From a virus (taxonomy: Duplodnaviria > Heunggongvirae > Uroviricota > Caudoviricetes), in IMG/VR virus record IMGVR_UViG_3300045988_019110, positions 1-35,010 of that record: 35,010 nt of DNA, one strand, 5' to 3'. Shown here one piece after another: positions 25,077 to 34,295 of this stretch. Position 1 is the first letter of the stretch. Each line of letters starts with the position of its first letter. The translations under genes were made by a program, and so were the position numbers. The notes under the pieces are model-generated. The model worked only from the letters and a program-made list of their open reading frames with translations. It was not told the DNA's origin and ran no database searches.

Positions 25077-25366
25077 GCCTTGCAACTGACATCCTGAAAC
25101 GAAGCGGCATTGCGCCGCTGTCGCCGAGAGCTAAAACGCAGATATACAAGCGACGTCGTAACGCGCTGTACCCTGAGATTCAGGCCAGACGCAAAGTAGT
25201 CCGCGCCTGTGGGTTCCAGAACGGGAAGGCCGTGAATCTCGGTGAGTTTAAAACAAAGGAACGCGCGGCAATCGCTAACCGGTTATTTAATTACTGGAAA
25301 TCGCTGGGATACGATGATATTCCGACGAAACCACAGAGACGACAATACATCTGGAGACATAAATGA
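25073..25366 (+). CDS. hypothetical basic protein
   Basis: 97-aa Arg/Lys-rich ORF, coupled to the downstream gene (ATGA). Confidence 0.45.
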   Translation: MSLATDILKRSGIAPLSPRAKTQIYKRRRNALYPEIQARRKVVRACGFQNGKAVNLGEFKTKERAAIANRLFNYWKSLGYDDIPTKPQRRQYIWRHK

Positions 25367-25803
25367 CTACTATCGCGTTCGATGGAAAGACAATGGCCTG
25401 TGACACGCGTGTTGTGTGCGGAAGTAACTGCTACAACACAGACACAAAGATTTACGAGAATGAGTTTGTTGTTATTGGGGTGGCCGGAGATGCGGGGGTT
25501 GGTATCCTTTTAGTGAAGGACGACGGTATTCTTCGACCACAGCCCTACGACTTCGATTTCGAAGCCCTGGTGTTCGTGAAAGACACAGAAAAAGTGTATA
25601 AAGTCGCGTTTTATAAATCGTGGGATTGTGCGCTTAGTTCGGTTATCCCTGTTGCTGATGTGTACGCCGCCGTAGGGTCTGGCTCGCCATATGCCCCGGC
25701 GGCTATGTACTTAGGTCATACAGCGACACGTGCGATTACTGTAGCCTCCCAATTCGACACTAACACCGGAGGCAAGATTATTGTCAAACCGTTATTAGGA
25801 TAA
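25363..25803 (+). CDS. HslV/proteasome beta-subunit-like Ntn-hydrolase peptidase
   Basis: 146 aa; N-terminal MTTIAF (Thr nucleophile position), VVIGVAGDAG and AVGSGSPYAPAA motifs closely mirroring HslV KVIAGFAGG and AIGSGGPYAQAA. Confidence 0.55.
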   Translation: MTTIAFDGKTMACDTRVVCGSNCYNTDTKIYENEFVVIGVAGDAGVGILLVKDDGILRPQPYDFDFEALVFVKDTEKVYKVAFYKSWDCALSSVIPVADVYAAVGSGSPYAPAAMYLGHTATRAITVASQFDTNTGGKIIVKPLLG

Positions 25804-25862
25804 TTCCTACACGTGGTATCCTCCAGTTACTGCATACTTAATACGCACCTGGAGGATTCATC

Positions 25863-26171
25863 TTGGATAAATTTACTGAAACAGTGACAGGCTGGCTTCT
25901 CGCTGCCGCGCTAGCCGGAGGGGTAATCGGACTACGACAACATAAGTCCGTTATTTCTGGCCCCATCGACGGCTTCTGCTTTATTGCAACTGGCTTCACT
26001 TGCGCCGTATTTGGCGCACCTCTGGCAGCTCAATGGTTCGGTATCACGGGTGACCGTGAAATCGCGGGCCTGGGCTTCATCATTGCCATTCTCTGGATGC
26101 CTATCTATTCCCGCCTTTCTGGCATCGTCGCCGGAGAATACATCGCACGTCGAGGAGGCCCGGATGAATGA
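25863..26171 (+). CDS. holin-like membrane protein
   Basis: 102 aa with predicted transmembrane helices; TTG start with GGAGGA RBS; immediately upstream of endolysin region. Confidence 0.45.
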   Translation: MDKFTETVTGWLLAAALAGGVIGLRQHKSVISGPIDGFCFIATGFTCAVFGAPLAAQWFGITGDREIAGLGFIIAILWMPIYSRLSGIVAGEYIARRGGPDE

Positions 26172-26436
26172 GTTATTCTGGTTCGGCGGTATGCTGGCAA
26201 TCGGAGGCACATCGCTGTTTAATGTATACCACTCCAGCGTTGACGACGGACTATTTGGTAGGGTGCTCTATATCCTGACCGCTATTGTCTGTGCCGCCGG
26301 ATGTATCCACCTGTTACAGGGCAGCATGTCGCCCACGCTGCCAGAGACATTAATCACATTAGTTGCGCTGCGTCAGATTCGCCAGGCGTGGCTGGCATAC
26401 GGAGGACATAAGCGTGTCTCGAAACATTTCAGATAA
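26164..26436 (+). CDS. membrane protein (second holin / antiholin candidate)
   Basis: ATG at 26164 overlapping upstream stop; two hydrophobic segments (FWFGGMLAIGGTSLF, VLYILTAIVCAAGCI). Confidence 0.4.
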   Translation: MNELFWFGGMLAIGGTSLFNVYHSSVDDGLFGRVLYILTAIVCAAGCIHLLQGSMSPTLPETLITLVALRQIRQAWLAYGGHKRVSKHFR

Positions 26437-26902
26437 TGGGCTGCATTTCACCGCCGCATTTGAGGGGTTCCGGGGAACTGCGTATCGCGCTACGCCGAAC
26501 GAAAAGTACCTGACTATCGGGTACGGTCACTACGGCCCAGACGTAACACCCGGTAAGACCATCACACCGGGGCAGGGCCTCCTGTTACTGAATCGCGATA
26601 TGGCTAAGGCCGTGGCTGCGGTTGATGCAGCAGCGCACCATTCGCTGACACAGGCGCAGTTCGACGCGGTGTGTGACCTGGTCTATAACGCGGGTGCTGG
26701 TGTGATTGGGGTTAATACTGGCACGGGTAAGGCGCTGCGTTCTGGTGATATTGCGACGCTGCGTGCTAAGCTGGCGCTGTTTATCAACCAGAACGGCAAA
26801 CCGCTACTAGGCCTGCGTCGCCGTACTGCGGGTCGGCTGGCGCTGTTCGACGGTAAACCGTGGCAGGAGGCTGAGGCTATTGGGCGCGCGGTGAAAGGTT
26901 GA
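26414..26902 (+). CDS. endolysin, T4-lysozyme-like (GH24-type) muramidase
   Basis: GTG start with GGAGGA RBS; EGFRGTAYRATPNEKYLTIGYGHYG motif typical of phage lysozymes. Confidence 0.65.
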   Translation: MSRNISDNGLHFTAAFEGFRGTAYRATPNEKYLTIGYGHYGPDVTPGKTITPGQGLLLLNRDMAKAVAAVDAAAHHSLTQAQFDAVCDLVYNAGAGVIGVNTGTGKALRSGDIATLRAKLALFINQNGKPLLGLRRRTAGRLALFDGKPWQEAEAIGRAVKG

Positions 26903-26967
26903 CACCTAAGACCAATCCGACGATACTTAAATCACCTCCTGCTCCATCCCTCTGCTCTCCAGTTTTA

Positions 26968-26999
26968 TCCCGGCCCTGACCCAGCCGGGATTTTTTTTT
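26968..26999 (+). terminator. rho-independent terminator after lysis cassette
   Basis: CCCGGC-cctgaccca-GCCGGG hairpin followed by a 9-T run. Confidence 0.6.
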
Positions 27000-27021
27000 A
27001 TCTATTTTCTGTAATGACTAG

Positions 27022-27050
27022 TTGACTATTACCTACGACCCTACTATATT
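27022..27050 (+). promoter_or_regulatory. sigma70-type promoter (TTGACT-17-TATATT)
   Basis: TTGACT 27022-27027, 17-nt spacer, TATATT 27045-27050; followed by AACGAGA leader and ATG at 27084. Confidence 0.5.
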
Positions 27051-27083
27051 TACTTCGCCGACAACGAGAACGGGGTAGAGAAG

Positions 27084-27233
27084 ATGAAAATCACAGATAC
27101 CGAAGCATTCAAAGACGCACAACTGATGGCACGCATCGCCGTTAGTAACCTGAGCAACAGCATTCCGGCGGACGCGTTCTGGTTCGCTGCGATGCAGACA
27201 CTGAAAGCAGCTTATGCAGGAGAGAAGAAATGA
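27084..27233 (+). CDS. hypothetical small protein (49 aa)
   Basis: ATG with purine-rich RBS; stop overlaps next start; not in ORF track (<60 aa). Confidence 0.35.
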   Translation: MKITDTEAFKDAQLMARIAVSNLSNSIPADAFWFAAMQTLKAAYAGEKK

Positions 27234-27427
27234 AAGTTAAAGCCACTAAAATTCTCTGGTTAGCCGCCCTTGACTATGTCACAGAGGGTAAAGTGTATGA
27301 TGTATACAACCCGACAGCTACTGGTTTCGGTTATATAGTATCCGACGACGACTGCGATATTTTCATAGACTTTGGTAACGATGATGGTGACGGTTTCCAT
27401 GGCGTTAAATGGGAGATTGTAGAATGA
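27230..27427 (+). CDS. hypothetical protein
   Basis: 65-aa ORF with ggagag RBS. Confidence 0.4.
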   Translation: MKVKATKILWLAALDYVTEGKVYDVYNPTATGFGYIVSDDDCDIFIDFGNDDGDGFHGVKWEIVE

Positions 27428-27585
27428 GCGAACAAGGCCCAGTAAGCCAGCCGTTACGAGTAGGTCGTAAAGTCAGTAACGTCCCGTTCCCGACACGCGA
27501 GGAACTGATGAAACGCAACAGTTTCCCGGGGCCGGACAAGAACAAGTATCTCAATCGCATGTGGGGAGAGCGTAAAAATGACTGA
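27424..27585 (+). CDS. hypothetical small protein (53 aa)
   Basis: ATG overlaps upstream stop (ATGA); stop overlaps next start; not in ORF track (<60 aa). Confidence 0.3.
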   Translation: MSEQGPVSQPLRVGRKVSNVPFPTREELMKRNSFPGPDKNKYLNRMWGERKND

Positions 27586-27814
27586 CCGCGAATACGAAAA
27601 GATGATGGTAGAGGCTGTTAACGGCGGCGTAGACATCGGACACGTTATGTACGTCCTGAATACTAAAATCGCGGTAGCCGAGCAAATGGTGGAGTCGCTT
27701 TATGAGACACGCCGTGAACTGATTAACCGCTTCAACCTGAACAAGGGGCGCGCTATTTCTGACGATTTTGATGGGGATTACCGAAATGGTGATTTTTATG
27801 AGGGAGCCGAATAA
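27578..27814 (+). CDS. hypothetical protein
   Basis: 78-aa ORF in coupled array. Confidence 0.4.
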   Translation: MTDREYEKMMVEAVNGGVDIGHVMYVLNTKIAVAEQMVESLYETRRELINRFNLNKGRAISDDFDGDYRNGDFYEGAE

Positions 27815-28104
27815 TGCCTAAAATCACAATTGCATCACTCGAGCGCCGTATTCTGGTGCTTGAGTCGGAGAAGCAGACGTTAGGCGGACAACTGTCAATT
27901 AACGGCGAGTTTCAACTGGAGGCGTTTAAAGAGCTTCTGGCTATTAAGGCCCAAGAACCGAACGTGTACGCGGGGTTGTTCGTCGGTGAAGATAGTTCTT
28001 CTCTGGCTTACTACAACACGGCAACCGCAGCTTCAAAGGATGGGGCGGATGTAATAATCCCTCTGTATGACAATGTTGTTGGGCCAGAAGATGAAAGAGC
28101 CTGA
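27814..28104 (+). CDS. hypothetical protein
   Basis: 96-aa ORF with ggagcc RBS. Confidence 0.4.
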   Translation: MPKITIASLERRILVLESEKQTLGGQLSINGEFQLEAFKELLAIKAQEPNVYAGLFVGEDSSSLAYYNTATAASKDGADVIIPLYDNVVGPEDERA

Positions 28105-28273
28105 GCCAGTAGTTATCGATGGCGTCCTGTGGAAACCTTACGCGGTTAACCACATCGACGCCGACGGGAAGAAGTTCAGCTTCTACATTTTTGCAATCAG
28201 CCGCGAGCACGCCGCCTGTGTGGTAAACGATATACGAGAAACGGCGTGGCTTGGTGATGAGATAGTGGGGTGA
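28067..28273 (+). CDS. hypothetical protein
   Basis: 68-aa ORF; start uncertain (ATG at 28067 or 28091). Confidence 0.35.
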   Translation: MTMLLGQKMKEPEPVVIDGVLWKPYAVNHIDADGKKFSFYIFAISREHAACVVNDIRETAWLGDEIVG

Positions 28274-28360
28274 GAGTATGAGTCTCGAGGTGGTTATCGG
28301 TCTGGTGGGTCTTAGTTACTTCGTTGGGCTATTGGTTGGGTTTCTGTGGGGTAGATACTA

Positions 28361-28642
28361 ATGGCACGCACTGTTGCATCGAGATTCACTGATATTGAAT
28401 CTGCGATAGAAGAAGCTGTTTATAGCAAATTCTGTAACCCCTCTGCGACACATAACTACGGGGTTATCATTAAATACGGCAAGTTTGAAATCAGGAGAGT
28501 GCGCGCCGATCGTCCGCACGAGTTTTTATGGACCACAGAAAGCCTAGTCCCGCGGTGCCACGTTTACACAAGTGGCGCGCACACTATTTTTGTGGACATC
28601 ACTAAGAAAGACATTACTGTCACTAAAGGAGAGACAAATTGA
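28361..28642 (+). CDS. hypothetical protein
   Basis: 93-aa ORF. Confidence 0.4.
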   Translation: MARTVASRFTDIESAIEEAVYSKFCNPSATHNYGVIIKYGKFEIRRVRADRPHEFLWTTESLVPRCHVYTSGAHTIFVDITKKDITVTKGETN

Positions 28643-28875
28643 TTACCAGCATCCCTAAACTGATTGAAGAGTATGGAAATATGTCTGAGCCCTGCCGACA
28701 AACCGGCATCTGCGAAATGACAATTGCGAAGTACAGCAAAGACGTGAATTGCGAGCGCCACGTAATTTATAACAACCGTCTTATGACGCACGTTAAGACA
28801 AGTCCGGTGTTATTCACGCGCCGTGGTATCACTAAAACTGAGCAACGCATTGCTAAAGAGGAGAGCGGGGGATGA
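28639..28875 (+). CDS. hypothetical protein
   Basis: 78-aa ORF, start overlaps upstream stop. Confidence 0.4.
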   Translation: MITSIPKLIEEYGNMSEPCRQTGICEMTIAKYSKDVNCERHVIYNNRLMTHVKTSPVLFTRRGITKTEQRIAKEESGG

Positions 28876-29054
28876 TTGATATTTTGAAAGTTACAAATGC
28901 CGTTGGCTGCCTGGTGTTTTGGTTGGCGTTTCTCGGTGTGCTGATAAAACAACCGACTTTGTTTAACAGTCTTCCTAGTTATCTGTGGTGGCCTATGTTT
29001 TTAGGCATGGTTGTATCAGGCGTGGCGGGCATCCTTTTGTGGTTTTTCAAATGA
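28872..29054 (+). CDS. small membrane protein
   Basis: 60-aa ORF with two hydrophobic segments (VGCLVFWLAFLGVLI, WWPMFLGMVVSGVAGILLWFF). Confidence 0.4.
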   Translation: MIDILKVTNAVGCLVFWLAFLGVLIKQPTLFNSLPSYLWWPMFLGMVVSGVAGILLWFFK

Positions 29055-29326
29055 GATTACTAATAATACCTAACGCCTGGGTTATCGCTGTAGCTAACGA
29101 CCATTACGGTGGCGACGGTAAAAGAGCACAACGACACGGCCTATATAACTGATTGGAGAGTGAAAAATGATTGAATTTGATGATGTTTTATTTGAGAAAT
29201 ATAACGGAAGGGTGTTTTTGACTGTGATGTACGGTGTTTACTCAAAGTCCTTTGACGGGTTTTCGAAAGCAGATTGTATAAATCAACTACTATCGTGGGT
29301 CGCAAGACGCAAATAACCAATAACAA

Positions 29327-29348
29327 GCCCTCTACGGAGGGCTTTTCT
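29327..29348 (+). terminator. rho-independent terminator before packaging genes
   Basis: GCCCTC-tacg-GAGGGC hairpin followed by TTTTCTGT. Confidence 0.45.
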
Positions 29349-29442
29349 GTACATCCCACCCAATCCACTTATATAATCCCTTTAGACGCGTAGGGCGCGT
29401 CTGGTGCGCTCTGATGGTCAGACGCATATGCAAGGGGATTCT

Positions 29443-29952
29443 ATGAAGCTGAAACTCAAGCAGCCATCGCCAGAGGTGGTGCAAGCTGCACATGAAGAAG
29501 CTGTTAGCGCAAACCGCCGACGTAAAAGACCGCGTGGCAAACAGAGCCTTTATCAATCATCCCGTAATTCCGCCGCGTTGTGGGACCCGGACTATTGCGA
29601 CGCGTTAATCGAATTCTTCGACCGCACGTCATGGGAGCTTGTGCCCACGTCTAAGGGTGACGAACGCCCACTGATTCAGGATAAACCACCGTCACTGGCC
29701 CGCTTCGCCTTACACATCGGCGTCACTATCCCGATTATTAAGCTGTGGTTGCGCGAGATTCCTGCATTTGCAGAAGCCTGGGAGACAGCACAGGCGCTGG
29801 AAGAGGCGTACTTCACCGAGACCGGGGCCGCGGGTATATCTGCTACGTTTGCCGCGGCTAAGCTGGGGCTGAATAAGAAAGAAGAATCGACTGGCGAGGG
29901 TTCCGAACCTATCGAGATTCGTTTCGTTAAAGCTGTTAAACCGGGGGGGTGA
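29443..29952 (+). CDS. terminase small subunit
   Basis: Start re-set to ATG 29443 with AAGGGGA RBS; basic N-terminus and HTH-like segment; immediately upstream of large terminase. Confidence 0.55.
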   Translation: MKLKLKQPSPEVVQAAHEEAVSANRRRKRPRGKQSLYQSSRNSAALWDPDYCDALIEFFDRTSWELVPTSKGDERPLIQDKPPSLARFALHIGVTIPIIKLWLREIPAFAEAWETAQALEEAYFTETGAAGISATFAAAKLGLNKKEESTGEGSEPIEIRFVKAVKPGG

Positions 29953-29955
29953 GTA

Positions 29956-31191
29956 ATGGATATCCCATTAACAGAACCCCAACAGGACTTTGTATTCAGT
30001 ACAAAAACACATCCGGCTATTGTCGCAGGACTGGGGGCGGGTAAGTCCCGCGCGGCAACGATGCGCCTTTTGTATCTTATGTTGCGTGAGCGCGGGATAA
30101 ACACCCTGTACACCATGCCTACGTATGACCTGTTGAAGCTGCGCGCCATCCCTGGTGTGGTTGATGACCTGAATATGATGGGGCTTAAGTACGACCTCAA
30201 CAAATCAGAATACAGTATCCACGTTAAGGGGTACGGTACTATGTTTTTCAGGTCATACGACAACCCGAACCGCCTAATCGCTTTTGAAGTAGCCCATTCT
30301 GTCGCCGATGAACTTGACGTTCTTACTAAAGAACAGGCGTCTCTGGTGTGGCGTAAAATTTCAGAGCGTACCCGACAGCCTTGCAGAGGGGGTAACAGTA
30401 TTGCTGCTGTGACTACACCTGACCAGGGATTCTCTGGATTTGTGTATGACTATTGGGTTACTAACGCTGACAGTTCTACGGAACTGATTAAGGCGTCTAC
30501 ATTGTCGAACCCATATTTACCTGAAGGCTACGTCGAACAGATACGCAGGAACTACGACGCGGCTTTGGCTGATATGTATATCAACGGTGAATTTGTCAGT
30601 TTGACGGCCAATAAGGTGTATCACTATTTCAAACGAAGCACACACGACTCCACTCGCACCTTGCAGAACGGAGACGCTCTGCACATAGGGTTGGACTTTA
30701 ATATAGGCGGATGTTGCGCCACTGTGAGCGTTATCGAAGACGGCAACCCGACGGTTGTTGATGAGTTTGTCAGCCATAATACCGACGACTTCGTCAATAA
30801 TGTCAGGATACGGTATCCAGGCCATACGGTTACGGTTTACCCTGACGCCTCTGGTCGCTCAGGCCACACTAACGCATCATTATCCGACATAGGTATCATC
30901 GAAAAAGCCGGCTTACGTGTTAACGCTCCAAGTAAGAACCCATTCGTTAAAGACAGAATAAACGCGGTTAACGCTCTTTTGTCACATAGCCGTTTGAGGG
31001 TTAACACTTCAAAATGCCCTAAATTAACGCAGTCACTGGAGACGCAGGGGTATAACGATAATGGCGAACCGGAGAAGTTTAAAACTCACCCCGCTATCGA
31101 CGACTGGAACGACAGTTTAGGTTATTGTATGCATAGGTTGTTCCCTGTGGTCCGCCCTGTTATCAGTACACCAGTTCGTTTCGCACTTTAA
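29956..31191 (+). CDS. terminase large subunit
   Basis: 411 aa; N-terminal ATPase Walker A-like AIVAGLGAGKSRAA; C-terminal nuclease-like region; followed by portal gene. Confidence 0.75.
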   Translation: MDIPLTEPQQDFVFSTKTHPAIVAGLGAGKSRAATMRLLYLMLRERGINTLYTMPTYDLLKLRAIPGVVDDLNMMGLKYDLNKSEYSIHVKGYGTMFFRSYDNPNRLIAFEVAHSVADELDVLTKEQASLVWRKISERTRQPCRGGNSIAAVTTPDQGFSGFVYDYWVTNADSSTELIKASTLSNPYLPEGYVEQIRRNYDAALADMYINGEFVSLTANKVYHYFKRSTHDSTRTLQNGDALHIGLDFNIGGCCATVSVIEDGNPTVVDEFVSHNTDDFVNNVRIRYPGHTVTVYPDASGRSGHTNASLSDIGIIEKAGLRVNAPSKNPFVKDRINAVNALLSHSRLRVNTSKCPKLTQSLETQGYNDNGEPEKFKTHPAIDDWNDSLGYCMHRLFPVVRPVISTPVRFAL

Positions 31192-31203
31192 GAGGATTAT
31201 TCA

Positions 31204-32685
31204 ATGTTAACTATGAACGGTCAGAATCAGGGTGTTAAGACCAAACACCGGGAATGGCTGCATCACTTCGATAAATGGCAGAAGGTGCGACACGCCCTAG
31301 AGGGTGACCTTATTCGCTATCTCCGTAATGTTGGGAAGAACGAGCCTGACCCGGCCTACGCAGCACAGCGCCAGGAAGAATACGAGAACGGTGCTATTTG
31401 CTACAACTTCACTAAACGTACCCTGGCAGGGATGGTCGGTAGTGTCATGCGCAAAGACCCTGAGCAGATTATCCCACCTGAACTGGAGTACCTGTTACAT
31501 AACGCTGATGGTTCCGGTGTCGGTCTGTGGCAGCACGCGCAGGATACGCTGATGGAGATTGACTCAGTGGGTCGTGGCGGGTTGCTGGTGGACGCGCCGG
31601 AGACAGCCGCGGCAACTGCGGCAGAACAGAACGCAGGGTTATTAAACCCGGTCATCGCATTCTACACCGCAGAGAACATCATCAACTGGCGACTGACACG
31701 CATCGGTTCAGTTAACCGCGTGACGATGGTCGTGCTGCGTGAGGTATGGGAATACTCAGAACCGGGCGCAGAGTTCGAAACAAAGTTCGGCGAGCAATAC
31801 CGTGTCCTTGACCTGATTGACGGTCGCTACCGTCAGCGCATTTACCGCTTCGATGCCGAAGGTGGTGCTCAGGGTGGAGTAATCGAAATCTTCCCGAAAC
31901 TAGGCGAACAGTTACGCGGCAAAATCCCGTTCACGTTCATTGGGGCGAGCAACAACGACGCCACTATCGACGATGCACCTTTGCTACCGTTGGCCGAGCT
32001 AAACATAGGGCACTTCAGAAATTCGGCTGATGTGGAAGAGGCCAGCTTTATAGTAGGCCAACCGACACTGTTCATTGCCCCCGGCGAGAATATGAGCATG
32101 GAGCAATGGAAAGAAGCCAACCCCCACGGCATCCGCATGGGGTCGCGTTCAGGGCATAACATCGGCTCCGGTGGCAATGCGTTTCTGGTTCAGGCGGCGG
32201 AAACTAACCTCGCCAAGCAGAACATGCTGGATAAAGAGAATCAGGCCATCCAGATTGGCGCGCAGCTTATTACTCCGACGCAGCAAATCACCGCAGAATC
32301 GGCCCGCCTGCAACGCGGCGCTGATACGTCAGTTATGGCGACAATCGCACGTAACGTAAGCATGGCGTATACCGATGCATTGCGCTGGGTGGCTGCGATG
32401 CTTGGATTGCGCGAGGGAACAGAGATTGAGTTCAAACTGAACATGGAGTTCTTCCTGCAGCCCATGACCGCTCAGGACCGTGCACAGTGGATGGCGGATA
32501 TCAACGCTGGCCTGTTACCGGCTACTGCTTATTACGCGGCATTGCGTAAGGCGGGGGTGACTGACTGGACCGACGAGGATATCCAGAACGCTATCGAAGA
32601 CGCGCCGCTGCCGTTAAGTGCTGTTACTCAGGTGGCAGGAGAGATTCCGCAGTCGGCGCAGCAACAACAGGAAGCCGCCCAGTAG
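31204..32685 (+). CDS. portal protein
   Basis: 493-aa ORF directly downstream of large terminase, with aagagga RBS; size and position typical of portal. Confidence 0.7.
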   Translation: MLTMNGQNQGVKTKHREWLHHFDKWQKVRHALEGDLIRYLRNVGKNEPDPAYAAQRQEEYENGAICYNFTKRTLAGMVGSVMRKDPEQIIPPELEYLLHNADGSGVGLWQHAQDTLMEIDSVGRGGLLVDAPETAAATAAEQNAGLLNPVIAFYTAENIINWRLTRIGSVNRVTMVVLREVWEYSEPGAEFETKFGEQYRVLDLIDGRYRQRIYRFDAEGGAQGGVIEIFPKLGEQLRGKIPFTFIGASNNDATIDDAPLLPLAELNIGHFRNSADVEEASFIVGQPTLFIAPGENMSMEQWKEANPHGIRMGSRSGHNIGSGGNAFLVQAAETNLAKQNMLDKENQAIQIGAQLITPTQQITAESARLQRGADTSVMATIARNVSMAYTDALRWVAAMLGLREGTEIEFKLNMEFFLQPMTAQDRAQWMADINAGLLPATAYYAALRKAGVTDWTDEDIQNAIEDAPLPLSAVTQVAGEIPQSAQQQQEAAQ

Positions 32686-32698
32686 TAAGTTCACATAT

Positions 32699-32719
32699 AG
32701 CCCCGAAAGGGGCTTTCTT
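32699..32719 (+). terminator. terminator-like GC hairpin after portal gene
   Basis: GCCCC-gaaa-GGGGC hairpin followed by TTTCTTA. Confidence 0.35.
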
Positions 32720-32724
32720 ATAGT

Positions 32725-33801
32725 ATGCTATTAACTTTAGCACCACAGGGTTTATCTATGAGCTTACTTACATCCCTAATCAGCCACCAGATTTGGCTGC
32801 AACGCACCGCATCCGGTGAAGTGAAAGACCTCGCACCGTTCATTAAGGAGATGCGGGACGAAATCAAACGGCAGGTGCTGCTGTTTGGTGACGACGGGCG
32901 CAGCACTGCGCGACTGAATAAACTGTTACGCGACCTCGAAGAAGCACTGACAGGACTTACTGGTGACTGGCAAACAAAGCTGACAGAAGACCTCAAGGAA
33001 CTGGCGGCGTATGAGGCCGAGTGGAACGCAAAGACCCTTACCGCCAACGTGAATGCGGAATTTGTTACACCTACCGCCGAACAGGTGTGGGCTGCCGCTG
33101 AGTTTCAACCCTTATCGTTAAGCGACAAGCCTGTTGACTTCACGAAGCTGATGTCGGGCTGGGGCGAAACCGAAGTCGCGCGCCTTGTAACCGGCGTTAA
33201 GATGGGCTTTGTACAAGGCCAAACCACACGGCAGATTGTTAAGAATGTCGTAGGCGCTGGTGGCCTGGCCGACATCTCTGAACGTAACGCTGCGACGGTA
33301 ATCCGCACCGCGCTATCTCACGTGTCCAACGAAGCCCGTAACGAGACGTACCGCCAGAACGCCGACATCATCGGGAAGTACGAGTGGGTGTCAACATTGG
33401 ACAGCCGTACCAGTACGATTTGCAGAGCCAGAGACGGAATGACGTGGGAAATTGGTAAAGGGCCGATGCCCCCCGCCCATCCGAATTGCCGGTCGTGCAC
33501 GGCTCCGGTAATCAGTTCAGAGTTCGACTTCCTCGATAAAGGCGCAAAGCGCGCGGCTAAAGGTGCGGACGGCGGCACTCAGGTAAGCGCGGACACCACT
33601 TACTACGAGTTCCTTAAACAACAACCGGCGTGGTTTCAGGATGAAGCGCTCGGCCCGGTGCGGGGTAAGATTTTCCGTAACAGCGGTATATCGCCGGAAG
33701 AGTTTCGCGTAATATCTGTAGATGGTTTCGGGAATCCGCTCACGCTTAAGCAGATGGCGGAACTCGATAAACGTGTTGCTGATTATCTGAAAGGGGGTTA
33801 A
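32725..33801 (+). CDS. head morphogenesis protein (SPP1 gp7 / Mu F-like)
   Basis: 358 aa; PPAHPNCRSC motif characteristic of the Mu F-like minor head protein domain; position after portal. Confidence 0.65.
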   Translation: MLLTLAPQGLSMSLLTSLISHQIWLQRTASGEVKDLAPFIKEMRDEIKRQVLLFGDDGRSTARLNKLLRDLEEALTGLTGDWQTKLTEDLKELAAYEAEWNAKTLTANVNAEFVTPTAEQVWAAAEFQPLSLSDKPVDFTKLMSGWGETEVARLVTGVKMGFVQGQTTRQIVKNVVGAGGLADISERNAATVIRTALSHVSNEARNETYRQNADIIGKYEWVSTLDSRTSTICRARDGMTWEIGKGPMPPAHPNCRSCTAPVISSEFDFLDKGAKRAAKGADGGTQVSADTTYYEFLKQQPAWFQDEALGPVRGKIFRNSGISPEEFRVISVDGFGNPLTLKQMAELDKRVADYLKGG

Positions 33802-34262
33802 TGATGGGCTTTTTCAAAGTAACTGATGTTCCGTCGCGTCGCGTAGTCCAGTACGCCCGCGTGTCTGGCTCCGGTGAGAACGTGGTGTTTATTGAGGATG
33901 AAAGTGTACTAGGTACACCAGTAGACGATATGCCGTTTGCGGACAAGACCGGTATTTCGCTACCTGCGGCGGGTATGCTTTACGAGATTCCGTATCTGGC
34001 GGATGTGGGCGATGTGTATTTCTCAGTGCAACCGCAGGACACTGAACTGGCGGACGGAAGCGCAACTATCACTGTCGATGTTAAGGCAGGCAAAGCACCC
34101 TATGCTTTGACATGGTACAAAGACGGCAAGGAAGTGGTCAACGCCCCGGAAGAGGCTTTGTCTCTGACGGTTAATGCAGCCGGCGAATACTTCGTTAAAG
34201 TCGCCGATGCCGACGGCGTGGAGGCGGTAAGCAAAGCGGCGAAGGTTACTAAGCCAGAATGA
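33801..34262 (+). CDS. structural protein with Ig-like C-terminal domain (decoration/scaffold-associated candidate)
   Basis: 153 aa; C-terminal YALTWYKDGKEV...AGEYFVKV pattern resembling Ig-like domains; aaggggg RBS. Confidence 0.4.
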   Translation: MMGFFKVTDVPSRRVVQYARVSGSGENVVFIEDESVLGTPVDDMPFADKTGISLPAAGMLYEIPYLADVGDVYFSVQPQDTELADGSATITVDVKAGKAPYALTWYKDGKEVVNAPEEALSLTVNAAGEYFVKVADADGVEAVSKAAKVTKPE

Positions 34263-34265
34263 TAA

Positions 34266-34293
34266 AAGGCCCCATAATGGGGCCTTAGTTTTG
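34266..34293. terminator. bidirectional terminator between convergent genes
   Basis: AGGCCCC-ataat-GGGGCCT hairpin flanked by A-run and T-rich tract. Confidence 0.5.
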
Positions 34294-34295
34294 CG

